The notes beneath the pieces are model-generated. The model was not told the origin of the DNA and searched no databases. It saw only the letters and a list, made by a program, of their open reading frames with translations. Of a DNA stretch of 64,000 nt, positions 1 through 13,880 are shown piece by piece. The position numbers and the translations under genes are program-made. Source of the DNA: Octopus sinensis (Eukaryota); assembly GCF_006345805.1 (NCBI RefSeq), contig NC_043007.1, positions 74,834,001 to 74,898,000 of the forward strand, in the 5' to 3' direction. Within the stretch, counting starts at the first letter, position 1; every line of letters begins with the position of its first letter.

Positions 1-351
1 TCTTAAGTTGTTTTGTTTTATTTTTTGCTTTCTTAGAATAAATAGGTTGCATTAAAAAAAGTCGATCAAATTTTTTAAAAATAAATAAATAAATCTAGAG
101 ATAAATATATTTTGATTATTTCTCGTTTATTGTTTACTTGTTTCGGTCATTGAACTGTGGCCATGCTGGTGCCCTGCCTCAATGGGTTTAGTCAAACAAA
201 TCAACCCCCAGTACTTACCTTTTAAGTCTGGTGCTTCTATTAGCCTTTCTATTAGCCTTTAGGAATGTAAACAAACCAACACCAATTATCAAGCGATGGG
301 GAGTCGGTGGGGGGGGGGACGAACACAGACACCAATATACACACATATATA

Positions 352-1097
352 TTATCATTATTAACATTTACTATCCATTGTCTATGCTGGCATGGGTTGG
401 ACGGTTTGACCAGGCTGGCATGCTGGAAAGCTGCACCAAACTCCAGTCTGATTTGGCATAGTTTTCTATGGCTGGAAACCCTTCTTAATGTCAACCACTC
501 CGAGAGTGTAATGGGTGCTTTTACATGCCACCGGCACAGGTGCTATTTGCATGATATTTTTACATTTCACTGGTAGGGGTGTCAATTTGCATGACACTGG
601 TATCTGCCACAACTGCAATTTTGTTCGGCTTGATGGGTCTTCTTAAGCACAACATAATGCCAAAGGTCTCAGTCATTGCTTCTGAGAGGCCTAACCCTCG
701 AAAGGAACTCAGCCACTTTTCCTCAGTGAGGCCCCAATGCTTGAAAGGAACTCAGCCACTTTGCCTCTGTGAGGCCCAACTCTCAAAAGGTGCCACCAGA
801 ACAGGTGCACTTGGTGGGGTACATTCTTCACAAGGGAGGGTCTTTGTATTTAGGAGCAACCATGCATCCCACTATCTGGTAAAAATGTAATCGATCTGGC
901 TAGCACAGGCACCTGATTGGTAGATATCAGGTGGCTGGCTGGCCTCCTGAAGTTCATGTTGCAGATCAAAAGGTTATTTGCATCACAGAACCTCAGTAGC
1001 CTTGTTCTCTCTTTGCTTTGAGAGCCAAATCCATGGCCCCCATGCACACCGTGGAAGATACCAGGCTGCCATCCAACATGCCCATTGAATCTCCAGC
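352..1097 (-). mobile_element. RTE-type LINE remnant: APE endonuclease fragment joined to the 3' UTR
   Basis: Minus translation FNGHVGWQPGIFHGVHGGHGFG...FCDANNLLICNMNFRRPASHLI (ORF 850-1188) is typical RTE endonuclease. It is followed by the family 3' end (...ccaacccatgccagcat...aatg) seen many times in the window. Confidence 0.8.
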
Positions 1098-1098
1098 C

Positions 1099-1140
<42 letters not shown>

Positions 1141-1143
<3 letters not shown>

Positions 1144-1310
1144 GAGTAAGCACATAAATGTGAAACAAGGTGAAAAAAAAGTACTCAAATACCAGAGGTA
1201 GAGTAATATGCTTTATTTAAAAGTAGCAGAAATATAACAAAAGCTGTTACTCAGAGTTTCATGTGTTCATGTAACAGCTTTTGTTATATTTCTGCTGCTT
1301 TTAAATAAAG
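1141..1310 (-). mobile_element. Penelope-like element end with fold-back and the 3' half of a hammerhead motif
   Basis: Sits beside (TA)n; 40-bp inverted arms 1211-1250 and 1271-1310; minus strand of 1244-1260 reads GAA-ACTCTGAGT-A-ACAG. Confidence 0.6.
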
Positions 1311-1315
1311 TATAC

Positions 1316-1534
1316 TCTTACTCTCTTTTACTCTTTTACTTGTTTCAGTCATTTGACTGCGGCCATGCTGGAGCACCGCCTTTAGTCGAGCAAATCGACC
1401 CCAGGACTTATTCTTTGTAAGCCCAGTACTTATTCTATCGGTCTCTTTTTGCCGAACTGCTAAGTGACGGGGACGTAAACACACCAGCATCGGTTGTCAA
1501 GCAATGCTAGGGGAACAAACACAGACACATAAAC

Positions 1535-1567
<33 letters not shown>

Positions 1568-1684
1568 CATATATACGACAGGCTTCTTTCAGTTTCTGTC
1601 TACCAAATCCACTCACAAGGCATTGGTCGGCCCGGGACTATAGCAGAAGACACTTGCTCAAGATGCCACGCAGTGGGACTGAAC
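1316..1684 (-). mobile_element. tRNA-headed SINE, family 1 (5'-truncated copy)
   Basis: Reverse complement of the family at 10991-11386 and 59308-59702 (tail ...cagcatggccgcagtcaaatgactgaaacaagtaaaagag). Confidence 0.85.
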
Positions 1685-4399
1685 CTATATATATATATAT
1701 AAAATATTTTCCCATAGCCAGGTATCTTTTCCATGGAAGATTGGAAAAAGAAAAATATCAATTGTGTGATGGTGATGCTCATTTTGCAACCATCCAATGG
1801 TGTCAAGGCAAGGTTACATACACATACACACGCAAACACATTCACTCATCCACTTACACTTTGTAAAATAATTAATAAAAAACTGTATAAATAATGTATA
1901 AATATAATATCCAAATAATGTTTGGTGATATATTTAATCTCTTAATAAAAACCTGATAATAGATTTAGTGGCAATGAATTAGTGACAAAGGAATTACCTT
2001 GCAATGTATTTACCTGTTGATGACAATGCAAGTAATATATTTACTGTGATATAATATCCATTATGAATCAACCACAATGAGTTTATTGATTATCAGTTAA
2101 AAGGCAGTTTGATTCATCAAGCTGCTTTATGCTCTCGTAAGTAATTGAGAAGCATATTTTTCACTGGATAGGGTACTGAGCTATCTTAAGTACCTTTCCC
2201 TAACAAGCTAATAAATGAATCAGGCTTCACTTCCATAGCATAGCTGCTGTTTACAGTAGCACCTAGTTAGAACTCAGCTATCAAGAATTAAATATTTTGG
2301 TTCCCTAACACTACATAGCTCTGCTACTTGAGTAGGAATTACTGATCTCTGAGCTAATCGTCTTCGCATTCAATTAACTCAATCAATCCAGGTTCTTGTT
2401 AACATTAAAAGTTCTCTATAAGTGAAATAATTTATTAAGTCTTTTCAATTACCAAGGAAATTAACAGTTGTAAAGTGAGTCAAATTCTAAAGTGAGTCAA
2501 AACAGTTCTAAAGTGAGTAGTTTGAAATAAAGTTTAGTAGCCAAGATTTGATAATTAGGCATTGCCAGTGTAGATGGTAGTTTTAAAATTATGGTTGGAC
2601 AATGAAAATAGTGGTGATAGCATGAATGTTACCCAATCTAGAAGTGCTAAATAAATATGGTTGGTCTGAATCACTTTTTGACTTACAACAAGAATCTTTA
2701 TACCACAATATTGTCCCAGTATTAGAACGTGGAAGTATGATTAATGGATATGGGAACTATCATTTTTATGTATTATTATCTCAGAGAAGTAAAATTACTT
2801 TTCTGTAGTTGAAATCTACAATATCTTTAAAACAACATTTTGATAAAAAATGTACTAAAATTGGAATTTTTCAGAATTTTCCTGACAGTGTAGATTTTAA
2901 TAATTGCTTTATTTAACAATAGCTACATACTACAAACAAATTAATAAGCAGCTTTCTTTATTATAATATATATAGAATAGAAATAATTTACTGTAGTTGA
3001 TATTCCATTAGAACATGCTAAAGATATTTAATAATTTGCAGAATATTATATTGCTTCAGATTTTATAATTTTTGGAATACTATATAACACCCACCTAGAG
3101 TTCTATAACTTATGTTTTTAAAAATATAGAAGTAAGAATAGATGTTTTTTTATTCTCCTTTTTAAAAGTATATTTCTAATATGACTTTTTTTTAATAAAT
3201 AAAAGAACATTATTTACTGTGAATATTTTGTTCTTGTTTCAATATTGCATAGACTATGTTTCTTGAGCTGAAATATGTTAATCATTTTAACTGTTTTCTA
3301 ACGATAGCCTTTATATTTTTTTAAGCGACATTGATTCTTTTCATTTTCTATTTTTTTCTCATAGCTATGAAATGTAAACGAACATTGTCTATTTTTTGTT
3401 AATAATCATCCATTTATTTTTCATAGCCAATATGAACCACTTATGCAGGCCTATGAAAAATCTAATTAGAAATACTTATGTGGTAAGGAAAAGACAACAT
3501 TAGCTCAGTGACTGATAGTTTTTATTTTGGCAAGTACGAAAGAGAGTCAAATTTGAACATGTTCCAATCTTAGTAAAGAACTTCAATGAAGTACAGGCCT
3601 CACTTTACATACATAAGAGAATCACCTGCAAATGTGTAATAGTCTACTGAAGTAGCCATGAAAAACTAGCATTACACAAAGACTGTTTTATTAAGGGCTA
3701 TTGTGTTAGATCCATTAGAAGCATAACATGTGAAAAAGGTTTTTCATTGGATTTATCTTCAGAATCCAGTTATCATTCTGTTATTTTAATCTAGTTTAAT
3801 TTAAGATAGTTCTACATTTAGTGAAAATAACTATACTTGTCATATGTGGTGGGGGTGCACACACAAAATATCAGGTGCCATGAATACCAAACAGTTTTGG
3901 TATACAAAAGAATATTCAATGTTAAGGTATGTTATAATAGTTAAAGAATATTTAGTTTTGTTTCACAATAGTAATATTAGGGTTCCCATCACTCATGTTT
4001 TACATATCTGGAGGTAGCGACTTCATAACCATAAGTTTAATCTTACTGCTGACTGATATTGTATTTCTGACCATGCTCTTCAACAACAAGGTAAGATCTG
4101 GAATCCAAAAGAAATGGTGCATATCTGCAGTGCCAATAGTTAATCCATAAAAGTTTGTAGGAAAAAAAGTAAATAAATTACAGTGAATTTGATTTGACAT
4201 GAAGAGTGGAAAATCCACCATTTTGGACACTTGTCCTTTGGAAAGAAAGAATGTAGAATTAAATACTATGGTCAGTAAAGGATACATAGTTATGGCCTCT
4301 GTATACTTTCTCTCACTGTAATTTATTTCCCATAAACTTTTATTTATACAATAAATTTCGCTGCAGATTTGTATCAAGATGAGGGAAGGGCAATGACCT

Positions 4400-5040
4400 A
4401 AGCATACTGCAGTCTAACGTTTTACTAATCTTCTCTAAAAAATTCTTCCCAAGTCTATCTTGGTCTACATTTACAGTGTGTACTCTACACTGTCAACTCT
4501 CAGCATTTTGTTTCACATCCATTAACATGTCCATTATGTTCAAACCAGTGCAGACCAATACCTCCAGCTTTCATCTGATATTTAAACTCATTTATGCTCA
4601 GGATTTCTTATCAATTAGCTCTGCATAAATCAATAGTCCACTTAACACATTCCTCTCTAGTCACTGCAGATCTTCTTGTCTTCTGCATTCATTATTCATG
4701 TTCTACAAGCATTCATCATTGCATGTAATACATTATGTATTTTACCTTTTGTATATGGAGAGAAAACTATATTTTCAACACAAGTTTTCTCACATAAACC
4801 AGTATTTCTCCCTTAGGCTCATCTCTAGTACATATATTTTCTAGATAGTAGAAGTTATATTGTAACTAGTTGCACTGAGTCAACCATGCAGCCCATGATC
4901 TTCTTTTTGTGACTGCTCTTACCAACAAACACTTCAAAGCAGTAACAATGCATACAAAATAGCTGTTTTCCATTGGTCAGCTGGAGATTTCATTATTTGT
5001 GAGGTGAAGTCCAGTGTTAAAATATAACTCTGTATCACAT
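4400..5040 (-). mobile_element. Highly degenerate RTE LINE reverse-transcriptase C-terminal remnant
   Basis: Minus strand gives frameshifted traces such as GLHWFEH.GHV (cf. RLRWYGHV); boundaries approximate. Confidence 0.45.
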
Positions 5041-6425
5041 AAAATGTCTAATGCATTCTTTATACCAAAACCTTAACGCAATTGAATACAAAACTACAAA
5101 GAAAGATTTAAATATAAAACTTATCTAAACTACCTAATTTATAATTGTTGTTCTAACTCAAATAAAATTAGTTTGGGATCCACTAAAAATTCTTTATATT
5201 CTTAGAATCCTATTTAACTTTGGTTGCTTCCACTACCTTAATTATTTAATGACCTATATATAATCAAAACATACATATATATATATATATAAATACACAT
5301 ATATGTGTGTGTGTATATATATCCACATATATATATGAGTATGTATACATATATGTGTGTGTCTATAAAATCTGCTTAAAAATCAATTTTACTTCTTTTA
5401 ACACCTCTATCATTCTATAAATATTTTAGTGGTTCAGTTCTACTTTGGAAATATTATAAATGTATTCTTTAATTCTTTTTTATTTGTAGATAAAAGTCGC
5501 CAGTCTGGTACAGTAAGCTGTTCTCGGTTTTGCATGTTTAGTCTGTCGGCTTCATTGCATTTTAAAACCCTTCTTTTCTATCTTCTGCTGTTTGCTTTCA
5601 GTCTCCTTGTAAACATTCCAATCTTCCTTTCTGTCTCAAACTATCATTTTATTATTATTATTATTATTTTTTAAATTTCAGTTTATTCTAATTGGGGTGT
5701 AAACAAGGAAAGTTAAGGAGGGCTGTTTGGCATTAAATATTCTAATTTTTATTTCAAATTTTGAATTTCTGTCATTTTCTAGGTGATGTTTGTGCAGCTG
5801 CTGATTTCTTCTAAATATTATATACCATTTTCTCTGCCCTCCAATTTTCCCATATTTAAACATTTCATATTTTTACATATATATATATATATTGGCTACA
5901 CTCCTAAAACAACTTCATTTTTATTGCTTTTTGCCATCTATTGTGTTTGTATTGTGTCTTTCTCTGTATGAACTTGCATTCCTTCTTACCATTTCTCTGA
6001 TCTGATTATTACATATTTTCTGCAAACATTGTCCATCTGTATATTCAGTTGCAACTATTCTTAATTTTCTTTTAAATTTTCATTTTTTTAAGGTCTCTTC
6101 ATTTTTTTTTTCATTTTTTTTTTTGCCTTTCTACATAAAATATATTTATTATATACCATTCCATGATGCATGAAGAAAAGAAAACATTTCTTGTCTTTTC
6201 ACCATTTTCTCTTTTTCTTCTTTCACTTTTTCTTCTTCCCCTACTTTCTCCTACTCTTTCTCTCTCCCTCTCTTTCTCTTGCTTACTATATATTTCTTTG
6301 TAATTTGTTCTATTGAAAGTTTTCTTATATTTAAAAACTATTATTTGAAGAAAAAAACACATCATTGAGTGTATAATATAGTACAATTCAACAAATTACC
6401 ATTTCTGTTCTTGGTACACACATAC

Positions 6426-6495
<70 letters not shown>

Positions 6496-7397
6496 GTAAA
6501 CAAAATAATGATTAGCATATATATGTGTGCTTTTAAGCTAAATATGACCTAAGTTTATTTGTATATGTGTGTATATTTATATATGTGTGTACATTTACAG
6601 ACATATATATATATTATACATATATGTATATATACACATGTGTGCGTGTCTGTGTGTGCATGCACATGCAAATATATATGTACACACATGCATACAATAT
6701 TCATATATATACATATATTGTTATTATCAAATATACAAAATAAATTATTTCCAGTTCATTAAAAATAACTAATTTAAAGCATGGAATTTAGTGTATAATC
6801 CCGTACATGTTACTATTTTGGCATGTTAGGGAGACACAATTTTCATGATGAGCATTGAGAAATTCAAGATGCTTGTTTCAAGCGTAAGGTTTCCATTAAA
6901 ATGTAATGTAATATAATAGGTATGTATATATATATGTGTGTGTGTGTATAAATTTAAATAATGAGGGTGATAAATTGAATATTAATTTAATTAACATCAA
7001 TTTTAAACCAGTAACCTAGCATATATAAAAAATATATATATATATTGGGATTTAACGTGCCAGAATTGAGACATTTGAAAATAACCCCAATATAATCTGT
7101 AGAACTGTACACACGTCTAATTTTATGAGGACAATCAGTATATAGTTCTGCAAATTATATTGAATTAGAACGTAAAATCGTTAATGACAAAATCGGTCTA
7201 CGATTAATTCTTTATTTTGTATATTTTCATGTGTCTTACCCGCTTATGTTCTGGTACTTGCTGAATTTCTCTGGAGAACATTGTTTTCTTTGTGGTTAGA
7301 TTGTAAGTGATCTTCTTCTAGCCTATTGGATGTCCACTTAGTGGTCATCCCTTCTTATATGCACATATACACACACACACTCACATATTTATGTATG

Positions 7398-7433
<36 letters not shown>

Positions 7434-7949
7434 ATATATATATTTGTAAAAAATGAAGTTCGAAAATGCTGCTGTATTATACAATTTTTAATTTAGTTCC
7501 TGAAACTATATTTTTTACAAATATATACCTACTCGTATACGAGCTAATCCTATTATAAATATATATATATATATTATATATATATATATATATATATTAT
7601 AAATATATATATATATATACACATATATATCTTTGTAGGTAAATATTTTCATGGAGTATCATATTTGTTTTTGTTTTAAAAGGACAATATTGATAGTTAC
7701 TTTGAAGTTTCAGTTGGTACTCTTCATTAGACTGGTGAGGCTACTAAGTTGAAACAAATGGTCAGCTTTTTCTCTACGTGTCTGATGTACACACTCTTAC
7801 ACAACACACACAGACACACTACAAATGCACATATATATATGGAGAGCTTCTAACACTGCAATGATAGTAATAATGATTTATTAATTTCTCATATATTGTG
7901 TTGACTCTGAATCAGGTTTTGTTACTACTGAAAACTGTATCTAAAAACA

Positions 7950-9530
7950 GTAGCAATCTCACCCTTACTGATAGTGAAAAGAAAGAGTTGTAAGAGCACT
8001 TGTGTGAGAGAGGTTGTTGAAGTAGAAGACTGAATGGAAGAAAGATGAGAATTAGCCACATTAGAGCCAATAGCTAATAATACTGACAACTAAGTAATTA
8101 AAAAGACTATTAAGAGAAACCAGCCTGATCATCAAGGATGGTTACTGCAATAATAAGAATATCTTGTGATGTAAGAATGCAACTTTTTCGCTTGTTTAGT
8201 TATTGTCAGAGAGTAGAAAAAGGGGTCATATCTAGAGACTGGCATATGTATATCATCATCAGTTGTCATAATGGTACAGGAGACACTCTGGAAGAATTCA
8301 CTACTTAGGTATCAAATTGATGTATCAAATTATGGTAATAAAAGAAAAGTTGTAACTAATTAGGAAGAAAATTAAGAGAGATGAGATAAAATTTGGATTT
8401 GTTCCAGAAGACAGTAATATTGATGCTCTCTTTCTTGTGAGCACAGAGCAACCCACTTCCACTCATATTCGTTAAACCAGAAGTCTTTGACAAGATATTA
8501 TACTTTGTAATTGATGTTGAGAGAACCAGGTTTAGATGAATAATTTGTGAGAGCCATGCATACTATGTACATGGATGTTGTCAGCAAGATGAAAGTGAGT
8601 TAATACGGTGATAGATGTCCATTAGGGCTTTGTTCTCAACACCCCTCTTGTTTACACGAGGTCGTTGCCAGTGCCGCTGGACAGGCTCCTGTGCAGGTGG
8701 CACAATGAAAGCACTATTTGAGTGTGGCTGTTGCCAGTACCGCCTGACTGGTCCTCATGCCGGTGGCACGTAAAAGCACTCACTACACTCTTGGAGTGGT
8801 TGGCGTTAGGAAGTGCATCCAGCTATAGAAACACTGTCAGATCAGATTGGAGTCTGGTGCAGCCATCTGGTTCACTAGACCTCAGTCAAATCGTCCAACC
8901 CATGCTAGCATGGAAAGCGAACGTTAAACAATGATGATGATGATGATTAGTATTATTATAGTTCTCCAGGCCATAACAAGAAAAATTTTAAATGAATAAC
9001 AGTGGAACTTCTGTGTATTGTTAATCTAGTTTTAAAAGCTGGATTTGTCAAAGAATTAGAGAAATTCCAAATCTGGGTACAAAACTTTAAATCAAAAAGT
9101 TTTAATGTAAACCAAACTAGAAAGTAGGTTTCAGTCAGCTGAAAAAGGGACAGGAATCTACTGTCATTTGTGAGTGGGGGGCATGCTCAATATGTAGAAT
9201 GTGAGCTGGCAGGAATTTCATACCCAACGAACCCAATGTAAATTATTGCTGCACAAGAGATGCAGTGGAATTTCTGGGAGGCTGACAGAGAAGACAGATT
9301 TAATGTGTAGCCACTGCACAAGAGTAGTTAGCAGTAAGAGAAACTATAAAGTCTTTCAAATGCTTAGGGAGGGGTTTCCATGAAATTAGCTGATAGCGTC
9401 TGTTACCATGATAACCTAATGAGAAGTATAGGAGAAGAGTGTATTCTACCGTGTCAATGCAGTCGATATACCTGAAAAAGAAATGTGAAACTTCTCAGCA
9501 AAACATTGTTAGGCTCTCTGCTATTTATGA
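7950..9530 (+). mobile_element. Degenerate RTE LINE RT region with zinc-finger-like insert, interrupted by a younger RTE 3' end (about 8655-8945)
   Basis: ORF 9201-9383 TQCKLLLHKRCSGISGRLTEKTDLMCSHC; degraded RT motifs near 8470-8640; younger insert ends in a (GAT)n tail at about 8935. Confidence 0.7.
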
Positions 9531-9669
9531 CTCAGTAAATTTTATCAGAAATACTCAGTGCACTCTATGTGTGCGTGTGTGTACGTGCATGCATGCGTTC
9601 ATGTGTAAATAAATCAAGAAGACTACAGCTCAGTAAATAACACAATACATTATAAATGTAAAATTTAGA

Positions 9670-9734
9670 GTGTGTGTGTATGTATGTATGTATGTATGTA
9701 TGTATGTATGTATGTATCTATCTATCTATCTATC

Positions 9735-9813
<79 letters not shown>

Positions 9814-10081
9814 AATTTATTAGGTATGACCTTACATCTAATGTCACAGTTTCAACACAAACATATCCTCTCTTAAATCAAGTATGATTCTTTCTTATTT
9901 TGGTCTTCGATGAGGAGGTAGTGTCTATTGAAACACCTTAGCTTCCTTCAAGCTATTTAAATGAAATATATGTTTATTGCAGAAAGTGTTTAAATACATG
10001 TGTATGCGTGTGTATGTGTGTGTCTGTGTTTGTTCAAGAGAAAGAGAGAAAAATAATTTGGTGTATATGTATATATATATC

Positions 10082-10180
<99 letters not shown>

Positions 10181-10261
10181 ATATATATATATATATATTT
10201 CCGTCCAACCCGTGCTAGCGCGGAAAACGGACGTTAAACGATGATGATGATGATGATGATA

Positions 10262-10300
<39 letters not shown>

Positions 10301-10367
10301 TATATATATATATATATATATACATACATAATATATATATATATATATATATATACATACATACATA

Positions 10368-10401
<34 letters not shown>

Positions 10402-10520
10402 TACATACATATATATATATATAATATACATACATACATACATATATATATTATATATATATATATATAACATACATACATACATACATATATATATATA
10501 TATATTATATATATACATAC

Positions 10521-10551
<31 letters not shown>

Positions 10552-10571
10552 CATACATACATACATACATA

Positions 10572-10607
<36 letters not shown>

Positions 10608-10889
10608 TGTGTACAGTGCTCAGGTGCACTACAACTCATCTAAAGTGTATATATAATCAGGTGTAGTTTCGGCGGATTTCGGAAAGCATGAGGGCCTTAA
10701 AAGATGCAGTGTCATGGCAGTCAACAACTGACGCAGGCAGTTTATTCCATGCTTCAGCAACTCTGAGCGTGAAAAAATGTTTCCGAAAGTCATGGGAGCT
10801 GTATTGTTTTCTGACTTTGTAGGCATGTCCACGTGTGTTAGACACATGGAGATCAAAAAGGTGTTCAACATACATACATACATAAATAC

Positions 10890-10970
<81 letters not shown>

Positions 10971-10990
10971 TATAATATATATATATATAT
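9670..10990. repeat. Compound microsatellite block (TATG)n/(TATC)n/(TA)n/(CT)n/(TAA)n with embedded retroposon stubs
   Basis: Direct reading; source of the many YI/IY ORFs. Confidence 0.95.
10579..10868 (-). mobile_element. CR1-type LINE 3' end
   Basis: Minus translation TRGHAYKVRKQYSSHDFRKHFFTLRVAEAWNKLPASVV...SFK is the typical CR1 ORF2 C-terminus; followed by a (TAT)n tail at 10579-10607. Confidence 0.85.
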
Positions 10991-11386
10991 AGGCGCAGGA
11001 GTGGCTGTGTGGTAAGTAGCTTGCTTATGAACCACATGGTTCTGGGTTCAGTCCCACTGCGTGGCACCTTGGGCAAGTGTCTTCTACTATAGCCTCGGGC
11101 CGACCAATGCCTTGTGAGACGGAAACTGAAAGAAGCCCGTCGTATATATGTATATATATATGCGTGTGTGTGTTTGTGTATCTGTGTTTGTCCCCCTAGC
11201 ATTGCTTCACAACCGATGCTGGTTTGTTTATGTCCCCGTCACTTAGCGGTTCGGCCAAAGAGACCGATAGAATAAGTACTGGGCTTACAAAAGAATAAGT
11301 CCTGGGGTCGAGTTGCTCGCATTAAAGGCGGTGCTCCAGCATGGCCGCAGTCAAATGACTGAAACAAGTAAAAGAGTAAAAGAGTA
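10991..11386 (+). mobile_element. tRNA-headed SINE, family 1 (near full length)
   Basis: A-box-like gtggctgtgtggtaag and B-box-like ggttcagtccc, internal (TA)/(TG) tract, tail (aaagagt)n. Related copies near 133-345(-), 13893-14240, 27965-28520(-), 34090-34440, 44690-44910(-), 49880-50230, 53270-53600, 57830-58330(-). Confidence 0.9.
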
Positions 11387-11393
11387 AGGGTAT

Positions 11394-11442
<49 letters not shown>

Positions 11443-11443
11443 T

Positions 11444-11485
<42 letters not shown>

Positions 11486-13209
11486 CATACATATATAATA
11501 TATATATATTATATATATATATATATATATAGCATTAATATCTACCAATGAGAATGAATGCTCAATACTCTGTTAGTGGATAAAAAGTAATTTATTTATG
11601 AGTTAAGGGGCTATCATTGGTTTCACATTAAGAGAAATCCTTTAACAATTACCATGCCTGCCAAATGGAGCATTAGTGTTTGTCTCCATCTTAGATTAAT
11701 CCAGGATGGAGATGAACACTTTTATTTCTTGAAGATGAACACTGCTATTTCTTGCAATTTGAATAACCTCAAACAAGCTCTGTCATAGACTCATGAACTT
11801 CAAATCTACTTTTCTGTGGTAATGGTTCCCCTGAGTTCCTTTTGCAAAAAACAAAAAAAAAGAAAAGTTTGCAAAAGTGTTTTCATTTTACTCCAACCTC
11901 TGTGATTATCTTATGATGATAATATGTAAGTGGTCACCTGGAGAACTGTTTGCTGAATGGTTATTGGCTAGATGTTATTGGCTAGATCTATGGTTATTGG
12001 CTAGAGGATGTGTGAAATAGAAGGTGGCTTCTGAAAAATTGTTGATGTAGGTAATTTGGTGCAGTTTGTTTAGGATGTAAAGAGAGTTTAGTTGTGTATT
12101 TATTGTTCCTTTTCTTATCTTCGTTTTTGTATCTGGTTTGAAAGATTCTTTATGTGAATTTGTGTGATGAATTAGTTCATATATATTAATAATATTGGTA
12201 AAATGAATCTCCCTAGACACAGCAAATTTTCTTATCTTACTATACCAGAATCGTTAGGACATTGCACAAAATGCTTAGAAGCATTTCTTTTGGTTTTTAC
12301 ATTCAGAGTTCAAACTCCACCATGGTTGAATTTTACTTTCATCTTTCTGTGGTTGATAAAATAAGTATCAATTGAGCACTGGAATCAAAGTAATCAGCTA
12401 AACTCCTCCTACTAAAATGTTGCTGGCCTTGTGCCAAAATTGGAAGCCATTATTATTTCTGTACCAAGATGTGTTGTATGTATTGAAAGCTTCCTCAGTG
12501 ATAGTGTTTGAGAGTATGTTTAACTATTGAAGCTGGGTGTGAATAACTATATGGAACAATTAGTTAAATTTATAGATGATATATAATATGAATTTCTGGT
12601 GCTGGTATTATGTAAAAAGTACTGGTGGTGCTACCATGTAAAAAGCACTGGTAATGGTGTCACATAAAAAGCACATCAAAAGCACCCAGCACACTCTGAG
12701 GCACAAGTCTGGGCAATGTTGTTTTATGAAAGACCAGTAGTCACCCATACATACCAGCCTCCATTCTCCATGCCACCAATGTTATTCATAGGAAAGACAA
12801 AGGCTGATACAGCTTGGAACCAGTTATGTTGCAACTCATTTCTACAACTGAACTGGAGTGGCAAGAAATAAAGTGTCTTGCTCAAGAGCACAACACACAG
12901 CCCAGTCTATGAATTGAACTCACTACCTCATGTTTGTGAGCCCAATGCTCCAACCACTGAGCCATGCACCTTCACTGTATGCATATAAAAATTTTAGATA
13001 TAAATAATAAGTGAAGACTGGAGTTGCTGGTATCACATTTATTTTATTCCATAGTTTACAATTGTTTCATCAAAATATGGTTGGCAAATCAAACATCATG
13101 TATACAGACACAGATCAGAAAAATGATATATTCATGTCCATTATGTAATGTATATTACATTACAACTTCCTCAGTCATTTAATCATAACTGAATGAACAA
13201 ATAAAATAA

Positions 13210-13214
13210 ATTTC

Positions 13215-13252
<38 letters not shown>

Positions 13253-13880
13253 TTATTATGCTTATATATTTCCTGCACTCTGCTTTTATTTTGAATGATT
13301 ACATTGCTGCAGTTTGGTGTGAAGCAGCTTAAAAGGGTTAAATTTGGGATTTGGATGATGAGATTTAGTTTTGTTCCTTTTAGAATAATAATGTGAATGT
13401 CATCATTTGACAATGAGTTTTTAGTTCCATAAGTTTTGTAGATTTTTAGTATTATATTGCAATATAGTAGTTTTATTTTTCTGTTTTTTTCTTTATGGTG
13501 TTTCATAGGTGTTTTGTTTGTATTAGTTACTTTGGTGGTTGCTGTCATACATTCTATATGTGAAATGTTTGTGTTTATATTTATTGTCTAAATTGTTTGT
13601 GGGACTAGGAATCTGAAAGGGAGAATAGCAGTGCCAGTTACAGCTTTTGTTGTTATTGTTTTTGCTGCAATTTTGGTGTGTTTTTGTGAGTTTTTTGTTT
13701 TGATGTTTTGTCCTGGATTTACATATTTGTGTGTAAGTCTATTGTTGAAGTGTTTCTTATCTTCCTGAATATTCTATTTGTTGTTTGACATTGTATAGAG
13801 CTGTCACTTCAAGCTTGTTTCCGGGTTTACTTTCCAACTGCATGATTTTCGCTGTTCATTGTTATGGCTTTCAGTGACAA
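13210..13880 (-). mobile_element. Degenerate LINE remnant (APE endonuclease N-terminus)
   Basis: ORF 13213-13548 KIKLLYCNI...NDDIHIIILKGTKLN resembles the APE N-terminal LxWN...DII.lqETKL motif; related remnant near 11950-12220. Confidence 0.5.

Noticed and set aside
2626-2808. 60-aa ORF MLPNLEVLNKYGWSESLFDLQQ...
   Set aside because: No recognisable motif, TTG-type start, no convincing splice context; cannot be supported without a search
3427-3482. AG...GTAAG-bounded 56-nt open segment (ANMNHLCRPMKNLIRNTYV)
   Set aside because: Not frame-preserving alone and no similarity to RyR; expected by chance in AT-rich DNA
4000-4377. 125-aa minus-strand ORF
   Set aside because: No family motif recognised; adjacent to decayed LINE sequence, probably a chance ORF in an old repeat
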